Of a stretch of DNA of 64,000 nucleotides, positions 37,175-51,060 are shown piece by piece. The DNA is from Eledone cirrhosa (taxonomy: Eukaryota): positions 92,070,001 through 92,134,000 of the forward strand of contig OZ024740.1 of the NCBI GenBank assembly GCA_964016885.1. Direction: 5' to 3'. Position 1 is the stretch's first letter. The number at the start of each line of letters is the position of its first letter. Below the pieces are notes generated by a model, which saw nothing but the letters and a program-made list of their open reading frames with translations, was not told the origin of the DNA and made no database searches. A program made the position numbers and the translations under genes.

Positions 37175-37675
37175 AATTCCATATATGGTAAAAGTGATTG
37201 TCACAAGGATTGGTCAAAAGTTTGTTGTTGAGACATAATAATTCTATCATGGCAATTTGTGTAGGGAAGGGGTAGCTGAACCTGCCAGTAGGAGAAAGAT
37301 GGAGAAGGGTCCCACCTAGTAAACATTTCTTTAGCCTAGCAGTACCAGTGAGAGACTTAGGTCGTAGTAACCAGAACTTGTTTATTTTTTTTACATTTAA
37401 TTGCTTTTTAACACTCTCGGTATTTTTCTATATATTTACCCCATATTGTTTACTTATTGTCTCGACTTCCCTCCCTAGTATCTTCTTTGACCTCATGTCC
37501 AGCTGTAGTCGGCACTATCAACGCATGACTGGGTCTCCTCCACCCTCTCTCCCTATTTCTCCTACTGGCAGGTTCAGTTACCCCCCCCCACAAATTGCCA
37601 TGATAGAAATATTATGTCTCAACAACAAACTTTTGACCAATCCTTGTGACAATCACTTTTACCAAATATGGAATT

Positions 37676-37771
37676 ACCCCTTGAGAAGCTCGGCTATTCA
37701 AATACCAGGATATACATTTTCATTTAGTCCAGAATTAGCCGTCGAATCCGCTTGAGCTCAGCCGTCGGGGT
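37676..37771 (+). ncRNA. Damaged copy of the same hammerhead (GAAAC changed to GAATC)
   Basis: acccc-TTGAGAA-gctcggcta...tagccgtc-GAAT-ccgcttgagctcagccg-TC-ggggt. Confidence 0.6.
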
Positions 37772-37783
37772 CCTACTCGTTCC

Positions 37784-37807
<24 letters not shown>

Positions 37808-37816
<9 letters not shown>

Positions 37817-38814
37817 ATATGTATGTGATGAAACACAGATACCAACACATCTGTATATATATTGCAAAAGAAAATTTAACCAGATTGAAGTATACTAATT
37901 ATTATACTACAGTTTGTCCATATCGATTTAAAATAATAAATCAACAAAGACGAACTGCATTGCCAAAAGGCTATGGTGTTTAGACACATTTAAATATCAA
38001 GATCAAACCTGTTCCGTAGATAAGTTTAAACTTTAAAATCCAAATATGTTTCGAGATAAATAAGTATAGGAATATCATGTCCTGCTCTCCTCAGTAAACA
38101 TCCAGGGACAAATTGATATGCTTCACTTCTAAATAATTTAAAAGACTGCGTGACGCACATGGTTTAACAGTATCTAGCTAGTCTCATAACCGTACTGCTA
38201 GAAATAACAGTCGTATATATGAGGCGGCTTTCAGCTCAGACTAGGAGCAATTATATTAATAAGGTAATGAATTCTTTTACAATGGAATTAGCTCGAAGGA
38301 GGAAAATACCCACTGAGCCGTGTATAAACTAATATGTATGTGATGAAACACAGATACCAACACATCTGTATATATATTGCAAAAGAAAATTTAGCCAGAT
38401 TGAAGTATACTAATTATTATACTACAGTTTGTCCATATCGATTTAAAATAATAAATCAACAAAGACGAACAGCATTGCCAATGATATTCCTACACTTATT
38501 TATCTCGAAACATATTTGGATTTTAAAGTTTAAACTTATCTACGGAACAGGTTTGATTTTGAAATTTAAATGTGTCTAAACATCATAGCCTTTTGGCAAT
38601 GCAGTTCGTCTTTGTTGATTTATTATTTTAAATCGATATGGACAAACTGTAGTATAATAATTAGTATACTTCAATCGGGCTAAATTTCCTTTTGCAATAT
38701 ATATACAGATGTGTTGGTATCTGTGTTTCATCACATACATATTAGTTTATACACGGCTCAGTGGGTATTTTCCTCCTTCGAGCTAATTCCATTGTAAAAG
38801 AATTCATTACCTTA

Positions 38815-38821
<7 letters not shown>
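37808..38821. mobile_element. Second retrozyme-like family: 515-bp non-coding unit, 1.3 copies on minus plus an inverted partial copy
   Basis: tataaactaatatg at 37808 and 38323; 38481-38821 is inverted; (TA)n on both sides; HHR-like motif inside. Confidence 0.82.
38024..38099 (-). ncRNA. Type I hammerhead-like motif with enlarged stem II and stem III loops
   Basis: Minus: gttta-CTGAGGA-GAGcagga...tcct...CTC-GAAA-C(16 nt)-GTT-taaac. Confidence 0.6.
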
Positions 38822-38896
<75 letters not shown>

Positions 38897-38900
<4 letters not shown>

Positions 38901-39121
38901 AACGAGTAGGACCCCGACGGCTGAGCTCAAGCCGTTTCGACGGCTAATTCTGGACTAAATAAAAATGTATATCCTGGTATTTGAATAGCCGTCGGGGTCT
39001 TACTCGTTCCTATATATATATATATATATATATAGGAACGTGTAGGACCCCGACGGCTAATTCTGGACTAAATGGAAATGTATATCCTGGTATTTGAATA
39101 GCCGTCGGGGTCCTACTCGTT

Positions 39122-39125
<4 letters not shown>
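38897..39125. mobile_element. Two adjacent MITE-like mini-palindromes (116 and 93 bp) derived from the Naiad terminus
   Basis: Each runs taggaacg..taggaccccgacggct ... agccgtcggggtc..actcgttccta; they are separated and flanked by (TA)n. Confidence 0.88.
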
Positions 39126-39165
<40 letters not shown>

Positions 39166-39170
<5 letters not shown>

Positions 39171-39484
39171 ACGTGTAGGACCCCGACGGCTGAGCTCAAG
39201 CGGTTTCGACGGCTAATTCTGGACTCATTATTCGAAACATATTTGGATGTTAACGTTTAAACCTCCCTACGGAACAGGTGGTTTGATTTTGAAATTTAAA
39301 TTTGTCCAAGCACTATGGCCATTGCCAATATGATTTGTTTTTATTGATTTATTATCTTAAATCGAGACAGGCAAAATGTATTATTATTATTAGTATATTT
39401 CAATCTAGCTAACTTGGTCATTTACAATACAAACATGAATATGTTGGTATTTGTGTTTATCAAATATATTAATTTATATTAACT

Positions 39485-39487
<3 letters not shown>
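39166..39487. mobile_element. Chimeric insertion: Naiad terminus (minus) fused to a diverged 515-family arm (plus)
   Basis: 39166-39225 matches 37065-37124; 39228-39487 aligns with 38500-38750 at lower identity. Confidence 0.78.
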
Positions 39488-39541
<54 letters not shown>

Positions 39542-39684
39542 CCAAATGTTAAACAAGGTTCATTGATTATTCAATGAATACAGTTTTACAATAGATAAAA
39601 GCACTCAAGAGTGGCGTTTTTTGGGTTTGTTAATATTATTCAAAATATTAATAAATGGTTACATTCACATAAACAATATATATG

Positions 39685-39746
39685 TTTTATTATATATATT
39701 TAGGAGGTACAGTGTTGTTTTTATTAGTACGTCCTCATCAGATAAC
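39685..39746 (-). ncRNA. Hammerhead-like motif with GAAA replaced by TAAA
   Basis: Minus: ttat-CTGATGA-GGAcGTAC...GTACcTCC-TAAA-tatat-ATA-ataa. Confidence 0.55.
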
Positions 39747-42700
39747 ATACATAAATTGATGCATGAATACCTCAACTGTGCTGATGGTTCAATTCCAGTC
39801 TTGGCAGTGATGTATTACAAGAAAACTTAATATTTATATACCACAAGTGAAAGTGAGACAAATTAAATATGATAAGTAGCGAGATATAAGTATTAGCAGT
39901 GGGCGAGTAGGAGAAAGTATAGAATAAATAAATAAATGAATAAATAATCACATAAGTACATAAATGTTAAATATTTAAATATGTAAATATCTGTGTTAGA
40001 GAAAAAGATAAGAGAGAGAGAGATAAAGAGAGCGATAGAGATAGAGAGAGAGAGAGTGTGTGTGTGTTAAATAGAAAGGGAAAATGATGAAAAGATGAAA
40101 ATAAAAAGAAAGGAGAGGGAGATATAGATGATAGAATATATAACTGTATAAGGAAAAGAGATACAGAAGAGAGAAAGAAGAAAGGGACATGATGTGTGAC
40201 CGTATTTTTTCAAATATTAAGTCAGGTAAAAGCGATCAATTAAATACCTTGAAATGTTCATCTATTGTATTTGGTTACATTTAAGCAAATTATACTATTA
40301 TATTATATCAACATTCAACAATATAAAATATGTTTCAATGATCATCAGGAGCATAGTTAAATTAATAAATATATTCAATATTTAGTTATAAAATTCAAAG
40401 TCTGAAATATTATTAAGTATCAATGATGTTTATAAATATTTATAAATATAGTAAATAAGTATGAGAGTATTTATCATAACTTAATTGCATATCAGCATCT
40501 GTATATGCATTTTATATAATGTTTAGAATTATAAATATTATAAACAATACTATTTAAATCAATAGTTGTCAATTACATATAGGATTAATTATTAGTTATA
40601 TTTACTCTTGAAAGTATTATTATTTCGATTTAACCAAATCTTATTGTATTCAATACTATAGGTCAAGTTAAATACAGATTATTAATCAATTTGGATAAAA
40701 TGAAAGATTATACACGATAAATGTAAACAAAAGATCCGTGCAACATATCTAAACGTTTAAACGAACTAAAGGGTTTGAAAATCTGAAGGTATTTCAGATT
40801 TCAAGTATAGAAAATTTAAGACATAAGAAATGAGGATTTAAATGCCACACTAAAGTTATTTAGTCAATCAAGAGATTAAAGAACCGATATGCATTTCCTA
40901 AGGTGAGGTAAAACATTTTACATAATGCTAATAAAAACAAGAATTATTAATAAAATTCAATATCTTTTCTCACTCAGTCAATGTTTTTTCTTAAATTTAT
41001 ATGATGCTTGAAATGTTTTTGTAGATTTATGGAGGCAATTTGAAAACAATTCCTTTTTTTTATTAATTAAATTACCGTAATTAGCAATTATTAATAGAAT
41101 CTCAAAATTGCAAAGATTGCAGTTAGGTGAAACGGAATGTTTCCGATAGGATTCTGGGTTTCAAAGCTTAACCCAAGAAATTAAGTATTTCATATTTTTC
41201 TCTTTTAAAGACCATATTAATTGTGATAATGAAGTAGAACATTTTTTATCTGGATTAGAAAAAGTATGTTTATGATTGGAAAATCTAAGTTTAAAGTTAG
41301 ATGAAGTTGCACCTATGTAATAAGTAATATTATTATTTGTTTTAATGGTACTTTTATATACTAAATACTTATCAAGGCAGTTTTTTTGTATTCAGATGTC
41401 CTTCTACAGTTACAGTTCAATTTCAACCTATTTCTATAATCTAAACTGTTCATATTATCATTGATAATATTTGTAGTTGTTCTACAATATGTGTTTAAAT
41501 TATTGTTATTCTCAATAACTATTGTATTATTATTATTACTATTGTTATTATCGCTAATTATATGTTGGTTTGAATTAAGAATTCTGCTAAAAATGTTTAC
41601 AATATTTTGAGCCATATTCATAGTTGTTGAGTACGAAAGTTTAACAGTGTGTCTATTGAATGTAGAATAATTCTTATGTGTTCTAGAAAAACATATATCC
41701 CAGGTGTTGAAATATAAATGTGCTAAAGGGGTTTTAATAGCTAAAGATGCTGGTGGGGCAAACCAAATAATAGATCTAGTTCTAATTCTTTTCACCGATT
41801 TATTCTCCAAATTGTTATTTTTATTTATATTTATATGTTCATTTTTACAGTCAGTTTTATTTATATTATTCCTATTATTATGAATATTTTGTTTATAATT
41901 ACTATTACTATTTTCTACATATTCAATATTATATCTATATCCTGTTTTATGTAACGCTTCATTATAATATCATGCTTTACTATCAGACATGGATTTGTTA
42001 GCAGATAATCTGGTTATACGTTGTTGCACACTATTGACTATTGCATTGTTAACACATATAGGGTGATTAGATAAGAACTAACGTAATTTAGGTTTTCATT
42101 GGGATTATGGAATGGGTAATGTAGGCCTGAGTTTAAATTAAGGGTTACGTCTAAAAAGTTAACTATTTTACTATTATTTTCCACTTTTAATTTTAGGTCT
42201 TAATTTTTAAAGAATTCTATAATTACTTTCTTTACTCTATTTAATTCTCTATTGCTATGTTTAACTACAGTAAATAATATGTCATTTCTAAATAAACCAC
42301 CGCTAATCTCCGGCAGTTATTTTTTTATCATATTAAGGTTGAACATTCCCAGAAGATCGGTAGCTTGCGCGGATCGGACGATCCCATCATAATTTCGAAA
42401 TTGTTCTGTCTATCCGAACGAGTCCAAAAATCATTATTAAAGCCAATCAAGGTTCGCCTAACCGTTAAAATAATCTTAATCTCCTCACTAGATAGATCAG
42501 TGTGTTTATATGCGTATGAAAGTGGCTTATTCAAAAGGTTAGGAGTTATTGACGTGTAGTAACTCGCTATGTCCATTTGAATGAAATTATAATGTTTCTT
42601 ATTTTCAATGTTCTTAAACAAATCTATTACTTCACTAGTGCCCTTCCATAAGTTAAGCCTTCACCTCAATTTTATTGTCGGCAAAATCCGATCTATTATG

Positions 42701-43533
42701 TTTTTACTAATTATTCCAATGTCTGACTTCGAAGGTGCGATAAGTCAAACAGGCAAGTCCTCTTCGAAATGGCCTTAATGGTCTTTAAAATTTATCCGCG
42801 GTTACCTTGGTATGTAAGGTTCAGTTCTCCTTTCAACTCCGAGATTGGTGATTATTTGAAAAGTATCATTATTTATAACCACTAGACCTTCAGCCGGCGA
42901 CTTTCTATAATTCTCTCTCAATTCCTTTAAAATTAAGTCCTTATATTATGTTTTTTATTTCCCATATAATTTGTGGTTTTGTCTGATTACACTCATATTT
43001 TATTTACTTTTTTTATATCAATAATTTTTTCTCTCAGACTTCTAAGGTATTCCTGGTCTTTATATGGATTTTTCTTAAATGTTATCCTCCTTAATATATT
43101 ACAAATTTCATTTTCAAAATTTTCCAGGAGTTTGTTGTACGGAGAATTTTTCCTGGATTTAAAGATATTTTCGAAATTGTTCTTGTTTTTCCTATTTGTT
43201 TCTTTTTTCTCAAAATGAAAAGCACGCAAACTCAGTCTTCTTATGAAGGGGTTTGTTTGTCCAATAAGATTTCTCATGTATTCCTCTTTAGATGGTAGAG
43301 ATGTAGAAAACCTAAATAATTCCATCATTTATTAATTAATTGATAATCTATTGCAACATAAGCGCTCTATCACCAGGGAGCTAAATATGACCAAATATTA
43401 AACAAGGTTCATTGATTATTCAATGAATACAGTTTTACAATATATTAAAATCACTCAACTGGGACGTTCTCTGGAGTTATTAATATTATTCAAAATATTA
43501 ATAAATGGATACATTCACGTAATCAAAATATAT

Positions 43534-43597
43534 ATTTTATTACATATATTTAGGAGGTACTGTGTTGTTTTTTCAGTAAGCTCTCATCAGATAAAAT
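43534..43597 (-). ncRNA. Hammerhead-like motif with GAAA replaced by TAAA (second pseudo-LTR)
   Basis: Minus: attttat-CTGATGA-gagctTACTG...CAGTAcctcc-TAAA-tatat-GTA-ataaaat. Confidence 0.55.
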
Positions 43598-45495
43598 GCA
43601 TACGTTGATGCATGACATACCTCAACTGTGCTGATGGTTCAATTCCAGTCTTGGCAGTGATTTATATCAGAAAAATTCTGTTAGACAGAAAAATTCGGAT
43701 AGAGAGACACATTTCGACATTACTATGGGATCGTCCGATTCCGCCCAAGTTACCGATCTTCTGAGAATTTTCATCCTTAATATTATAAATAGAAAACTGC
43801 CGGAGATTACCGGTGGTTTATATATAGATGACATATTATGTACTGTAGTTAAACATAGCAATAGTGAATTAAATAGAGTAAAGAAAGTAATTATAGAATT
43901 CTTTTAAAATTACGACCTAAAATTAGAAGTAGAAAATAATAGGAAAATAGTTAACTTTTTAGACGTAACCCTTAATTTAAACTCAGGCCTATATTACCCA
44001 TTCCATAAGCTCAATGAAAACCTAAATTACGTTAGTCCTTATTCTAATCATCCTATACGTATTAAATATGCAATAGTCAATAGTGTTCAACAACGTATAA
44101 CCAGATTATCTGCTAACAAATCCATGGTTGATAGTAAAGCAGGATATTATAATGAAGCGTTACGTAAAGAAGGATATAAAAATAATATTGAATATGTAGA
44201 AAATAATAATAGTAATTATAAACAAAATATGCATAATAATAGGAATAATATAAATAAAACTGACTGTAAAAATAAAAATATAAATAAAAATAAAAATAAC
44301 GATTTGGAGAATAAATGGGTGAAAAGAATTAGAACTAGATCTATTATTTAGTATGCCCCACCAGCATCTTTAGCTATTAAAACCCCTTTAGAACATTTAT
44401 TTTTCAAAGCCTGGGATAATTGTTTCCCTAGAGCACATAAGTATTATTCTATCTTCAATAGACACACGTTTAAACATTCGTACTCAACAACTATGAATAT
44501 GGCTCAAAATATTGCAACAATTATTAGCATAATTCTAAATTCAAACCAACATATTATTAGAGATAATAACTATAGTAATATATAATTACTAATAATAATA
44601 CAATAGTGATTGAGAATAACAATAATTTAAACACATATTGTAGAACAACTACAAATATTATCAATGATAATATGAACAGTTTAGATCATAGAAATAGCAT
44701 GAAATTGAACTGTAACTGTAGAAGGAAATCTAAATGCCCTGTACAAAATAACTGCCTTGATAAGAATTTAGTATATAAATGTACCATTAAAACAAATAAT
44801 AATATTACTTATAACTAGATAGGTTCAACTTCATCGAACTTTAAACTTAGAGAATTGTGTGTGTGTGTGTCTGTGTATGTATGGATGTATGTCACTGTAC
44901 GCGTGTGCATGTGTGTGTGTGTGTGTATATGTATGTATGTGTGTGTGTATGTGTGTGTGTGTATGTCCGTGTATGTGTGTGTGTATGTGTGTGTGTGAGA
45001 GAGAGTCTGTGGATGGACCAGTATTATTGTGGTACTGGTAAAAATGGCGTACCTTATTCGATATTTTCAGTCATTTGCAAAAACTATTCTCTCAAAAGAT
45101 CATCAATAACAACATCAATAATAAAAGAGGTGATATGATGTATAATATTGTCATAACACCAAGGCGTGTGTGAGTCCAGATTGTACGTATTACAATGGGG
45201 AATCCATTACGCCCTGCCGTATGGGATAATCGTGTACAAATATGTATGTGTCCATCAATGTGCAATACATGTGTGCGTATGTGTATGTGTGCGTGTCGGC
45301 ACGTGTATATCTATAAACATCATAAGGTATGCGAATTTGTGTATATTTGTGTTGCACCATAGACCATGTGTGTCATTGTGTTTATATGTGGATAGAAATG
45401 TATGCCTACATACATGTCCATCCACATATAAACACATATAAACATGTATGCTGATGTAGGTATGTATGTCAACGTGTGTATGGTGAGGGTTCGTC

Positions 45496-48120
45496 TTAGG
45501 GAGAAGTGTTTAGACGGGGTCCGTATTTGTTAATAAAGTTAAATTGCTTGCTGATGCGCTTGTTGTGAGTGGCATTATCTTTGAATTTGTAGAGGGGAAA
45601 GATTCTAAATTTGGGATGATTTTCGGCGGCACAGGTATCAATGTGTTCCCTCAGTGTAATTTTTCTGTATTCCCGTATTTTGATTTGGGATCTATGGACA
45701 GTCATGCGTTGGCGGAGGCTGTTTTTAGTCTGGCCTATGTATAGTTGTCGACAACCTGGGCAAGTTAATACATATATTAGGATTTCTGATGCGCATGTGA
45801 AATTGTGTTTTACTATAAAACGTTGTCCGTGTATGAAATACAATTCCGAGCCCTCTATTAGGTTGATGCATATACCACAGTTGGGTCTAACGCATTTTTT
45901 TACTGTGGGTTTCACTGTTGTAGCTGGCAGTACATTGGCATGTGTTAGGATGATTTACATTGATTTAGAACGTATTTTGCTCTTTAGAATATCGTGTGTT
46001 CGAAGGATTTGGTTCATTCTATGGTCCTTTTTTTTAATACAGGGATGTTCTGGAGGATGGTGTCAAAGGCTTCATTGGTGAGGGAGTTGTGTGTGGAGAT
46101 GTATGGAAGAGATTTTAGTTTCGGTTGATTATCTTTAGGGTGTCTAAGACCCTGGGTACTAAGTTTTAGAGCACGTTGGATTCCATTGTCAATTAGTGAT
46201 GCAGGGTTTTCCCTGCTTATGAGTGTGTCCTTTAGTTTAGTAAAAGGAGTTTTTATTGGAAATTATAGTACAGATTATCTTGGCTAAGTTGTAGGGAATA
46301 TTAATTTTAACGTGTCTAGGGTGGCATGAATTGAAAGGAAGATAATGCTTGGAGTTTGTGGACTTGTAGTATATATATGTTTCTATTTTTTTGTTACGAA
46401 TCTTAAAGAGGATGTCGAGGAAGGGGAGTTGTTGATGGCGGTATTCCATTGTAACATTAATATTCGTATTGAGCACATTTATAAGGGAGTTAAACTCTTT
46501 ACGTTTCTCGAAGTATTCGTGCCAAAGGATGAAGCAGTCATCTAGATATCTCTTTCAGTTATTTTCTATGTGTAAGTGGAGAGTGTTTCCAAATTTGTTT
46601 AGTACTTTAGTGTAGACGGTGATTCCAGGTATCCCATAACTAGGTTGGCATAAGTGGGGGCCGTTTTCGTTCACATTGCCGTCCCAGATTTCTGCCTGTA
46701 GAATTTGTTATTGAAAACGAAGTAATTATTCTCCAAGATAAATTTCAGTCCTTCTATCACGAATTCTTTTTTTATGCGTTGTGGGAGTTCATTGGGGGTA
46801 ATTATCCAGCCAGAATTGGATAGCTTCTATTCCTAGGTTGTGGGGTATGTTGGAATATAGGATGACAACATCGAACGTCACTAGTAGGGTTTGTTCAGTA
46901 AGGGTTATATTATGGAGGTGGTTGAGCATACCTATGTCGTCCCTTATATAGCTTTTAATGTGTTTGAGAAAAGGCTTGAGAAGTGCATCAATGCAGTTGC
47001 TAGGGCGGTGCGTTGCGCAAGCGGGGCCTGCTAATATAGGTCTTAATTTGAGATCATTTGGTGAGGGGACATTGATGACTAAGTTTGTGGCTTCCTCGCA
47101 TGCCTTACTTATTATTTCGATATTATGTACTTTAGGGATAACGTAGAAAAAGATGGATTTACTTGTGATGTATGTGATGAAGCTGAATTCCTTGTTAGTG
47201 TGTCCTTCTTTGTATGGATTGATCAGAGTTTTTAGGTTTCTCATAATTTTCTGTTGATTGTAGTGTTCAGCCTTTTCGTAGTATGTTTCGTTTTCCAAAC
47301 TGGAGAGCGCTAGGTTGATATAGAAGTATGTCTCCATTAGGACTACTGCACTCCCTTTATCAGCCTCTTTAATTGTAATAGTTCTGTCGGTTGTTAATCT
47401 ATTTGATTCTTCCCATTCTTTATTGTTGAGGTTTGGCTTGTGTTTTTGTCTGTGCAAGTGTTGGTAAGGGAAGTTTGTGATGTGTTCACAGAATTCGTCC
47501 ATGATTTTATTTCTACCTTTTGATGGGGTGTAGTTGCTTCTATTTCTGGCTAATGATTCTTCCTCATTGACCTGGTCGAATAGTTCTTCACTGAGTCGTA
47601 ACATTCTACAGAATTATGTGATGGCTTCCTTCATTTCATAGTAGTATGGACGTAGAGGGTGTCGGTGTGAATTTAAGACCTTTGGAGAGTAAGTTGATAA
47701 GGTTGGGAGTTGTTTCTTCTCTAGTTAGATTAATCATTTTTATTACTCTCGGTTTCTCCTCGCTGTTTGTGTTATTTCGTTTACCTGTATCTGTGTGCTG
47801 TGTCTGAAAATGGTTGGGGTAGAGGGGTTGGCTGCTGATGTTAATTGGTCTCCTGTGTTTATTATATTCCTTGTTGTTGTAAAATGTGGTTCGGGTTCGT
47901 GGTTGTTGATTTAATGGGGTGTTCCTGTATTGCGAGTATGGATGTGTGTTTCTATGTACCATGTTAGATTGTGGTGTTATAGGTGATCTACGTTGTTGGT
48001 TGTATCGTGTGGTTGGAGTTTTTTTGTGTATTGTGGAAGTGAGAGTTGAGAAAATTAAAATTACTTCTGGCGGAGAAGTTGTTCGTTTTTCACATAAAAC
48101 AGGAAGAATTTTCAACACTG
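45496..48120 (-). pseudogene. Decayed Neptune-like Penelope element (RT, CxxC linker, GIY-YIG)
   Basis: LLSKGLKFTPTP, IKEADKGSAVVLM, PKVH...LRPILAGP, VTFDVV.LYSNIPH, RYLDD (~46540), LPFLDI, YLPFNSCHP, C.RPNCGIC, FTCASE.LIYVLTCPGC.QLYIGQT...LRQRM..H. Confidence 0.88.
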
Positions 48121-48351
48121 ATCAGATTATGGCAAAAATCACGAGCGCTCTATCTCAACATTATTTTTGAAAAGCATTAGAAATACGCAACCGGTAAACA
48201 TTTAAAACTAAACCTGAATACTAACTAATACATATTACTAATTTATACTTATTCCTAATTAAACTATTTTTCACTGGGAACTATTTGTCAGCATTTTCTT
48301 TTCCTTTTTACTAATATATCACAATTCGTGTGTCACACCTCTATTTTTTAA

Positions 48352-49239
<888 letters not shown>

Positions 49240-50044
49240 TATATATTATGTCCATAGCATAATTTGATGAGATATATACACTATTTCCTCTCCCAATTAG
49301 CATAATCAACCACACAAAAAAACAATTAAACCAGGCTGTCAGATTAAAATGCATCTATGAAGAAATAATAGATAAATAAACGACAGCCAACTGTTCGGGA
49401 TCAACAGCTATATGATATTAACCCAACATTTCAATAGGACGTGGAAATCGACTAAATATATCGTGAACCATACACAATTCGGTACAAAATTAAAGTTAGA
49501 AGAAAAATACATATAAACATACCAGGATTACGTTTCTAACCTTTAGGGTTTCATTCGCTTTTGTAAATATCCGATCAGGGATAAATTTCCGAGCTTCGAA
49601 ATCATCAGGAAACAAACTCACATGGACGAAGATTTTTCTTAAATGATCCCCGCCAGAAACGAATTCAAAATGGCTAAGAACTGTGACGTGGCAGTGGTCA
49701 AGTTAGAAATAATGTGATTGGTGTCTTACGGCGAGTGGGCTGGTTGCTAGAAAGCGCAGCCTAATATCGCCTAAATTGCATCTCAACCTTATGGGAGATT
49801 ATCAAATATAAAGATTTACATATACACAAACTAGACAAAGTCATAGATATATATGTTTTTGGCAACCATTCACGATGTAGCTCAATGATGAATTAATATA
49901 TTAAATAATCAGAGCTATTATATATATAACATGTGTAAGTCAAACATGTTAAAGTTGGCTTCATTTATTCTAATTCTCTTCTATATATATATTTCAGTGA
50001 GGGCTATTATTGGCTGTGACCTCATTAGGCCCCAATAGAAAGCT

Positions 50045-51060
50045 AGGTAGCTTCCTAGACACCAGCCTAAACCTAAAGACAGAGCAATACTACCCCTATC
50101 ACAAACCCAACGAGAATCTGGTATATGTTAAAGCTAAGTGAAACCACCCAAGATTCATCATTAAGGCCGTAGTCAAGGGTGTCTCGTACAGGTTCTCCAA
50201 CCTGTCTGCAAATGTCGAGATCGTCGATAACAACGCAGAGTATTATATTGCAGCTCTAGATAAGGCTGCCCATGTCAAAACTATATTTACAACCCGAGGT
50301 GCCATGATAGAGATGGTTCATCGGGCTTCCCGACTCGCGGTATCCGGGAGGGGAAGACCTAACAGTACAGGCAGGGCGCAAACCAAAAAAAACCCTGAAC
50401 GCGACACCACCACATTAGCGAAAAGGATGCATACGCCTAGCCATGGGAGGAAACACAGTAATCGAGGCGGCCTCAGGGGTGATACTAATAACCCCAGAAC
50501 CAACGCTCCAAACCGAATGAGACGAACCAAGATGTATGGAGGAATATCCCAGTGTAGAACTCCCGGCGTGGGCACACACCACAACGCCGGTACGACCCGA
50601 GTAGCTAATAAAAGCCATAGCGCCCAAAGCGACAGCAACAATGCGGGAATCACTAGCACCCCAACAACTCGCCAACGGCCCACAGTACGCTCATCCCACC
50701 CGCATAGGATTAGACTAAGAAAAATCACGTTTTACACCCCATCCTACTCAACGGGCCACATCAACGGTTATATAGGACCCAAATCAACGAGCGTCAAAGA
50801 GAGATGGCATAACCATTGCCATTCCTTCAATAGGGACGACAAGATAAAAAGTACGGTTCTATCCGAACCGATCTGGAAGCTGAAGCTGGACAGGAACCCT
50901 TAGTCTCTGACCTGATCCAATATCAGGGATCTGGCATCTGCAACTTCTGTCTGAGACCCTCAAGATATTTAGTGTTGGGAGTAGCCTAATCAACCTCAGG
51001 ACCGATTTCTTTGGTACCTGCTGACACGTGAGCGCCGGCATTTTCATCAAGCTCTATGGA
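50045..51060 (+). pseudogene. Internally deleted Naiad-like PLE remnant
   Basis: FLDTSLNLKT..YYPYHKPN...YV...*NHP...RFSNLSAN; RKITFYTPSYS fused to YIG...VKERWHNHCHSF...STVLS..IWKLK. Confidence 0.8.

Larger units (their letters stand above)
33462..37786 (-). mobile_element. Full-length Naiad-like Penelope element with direct pseudo-LTRs and an inverted terminal arm
   Basis: 33462-~33790 is directly repeated at 36984-~37310; 37309-37786 is an inverted copy of 33542-34033; ~1.3-kb 3' UTR; (TA)n on both sides. Confidence 0.93.
39541..44852. mobile_element. Decayed Naiad-like PLE (minus; ORF remnant ~41030-43328) with direct pseudo-LTRs and an inverted plus-strand partial copy (~43690-44852)
   Basis: 39541-39811 is repeated at 43390-43661; motifs FIRRL.LRAFHF, FIQMDIASYYTSI, FDITMGSSDSAQ, GGLYIDD, IIWFAPP, CNC...CP...NCL; plus arm breaks off in GIY-YIG at a (TG)n tract. 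Confidence 0.88.

Noticed and set aside
49575-49620. CTGATGA...GAAA motif on the minus strand
   Set aside because: No convincing stem I or stem II pairing.
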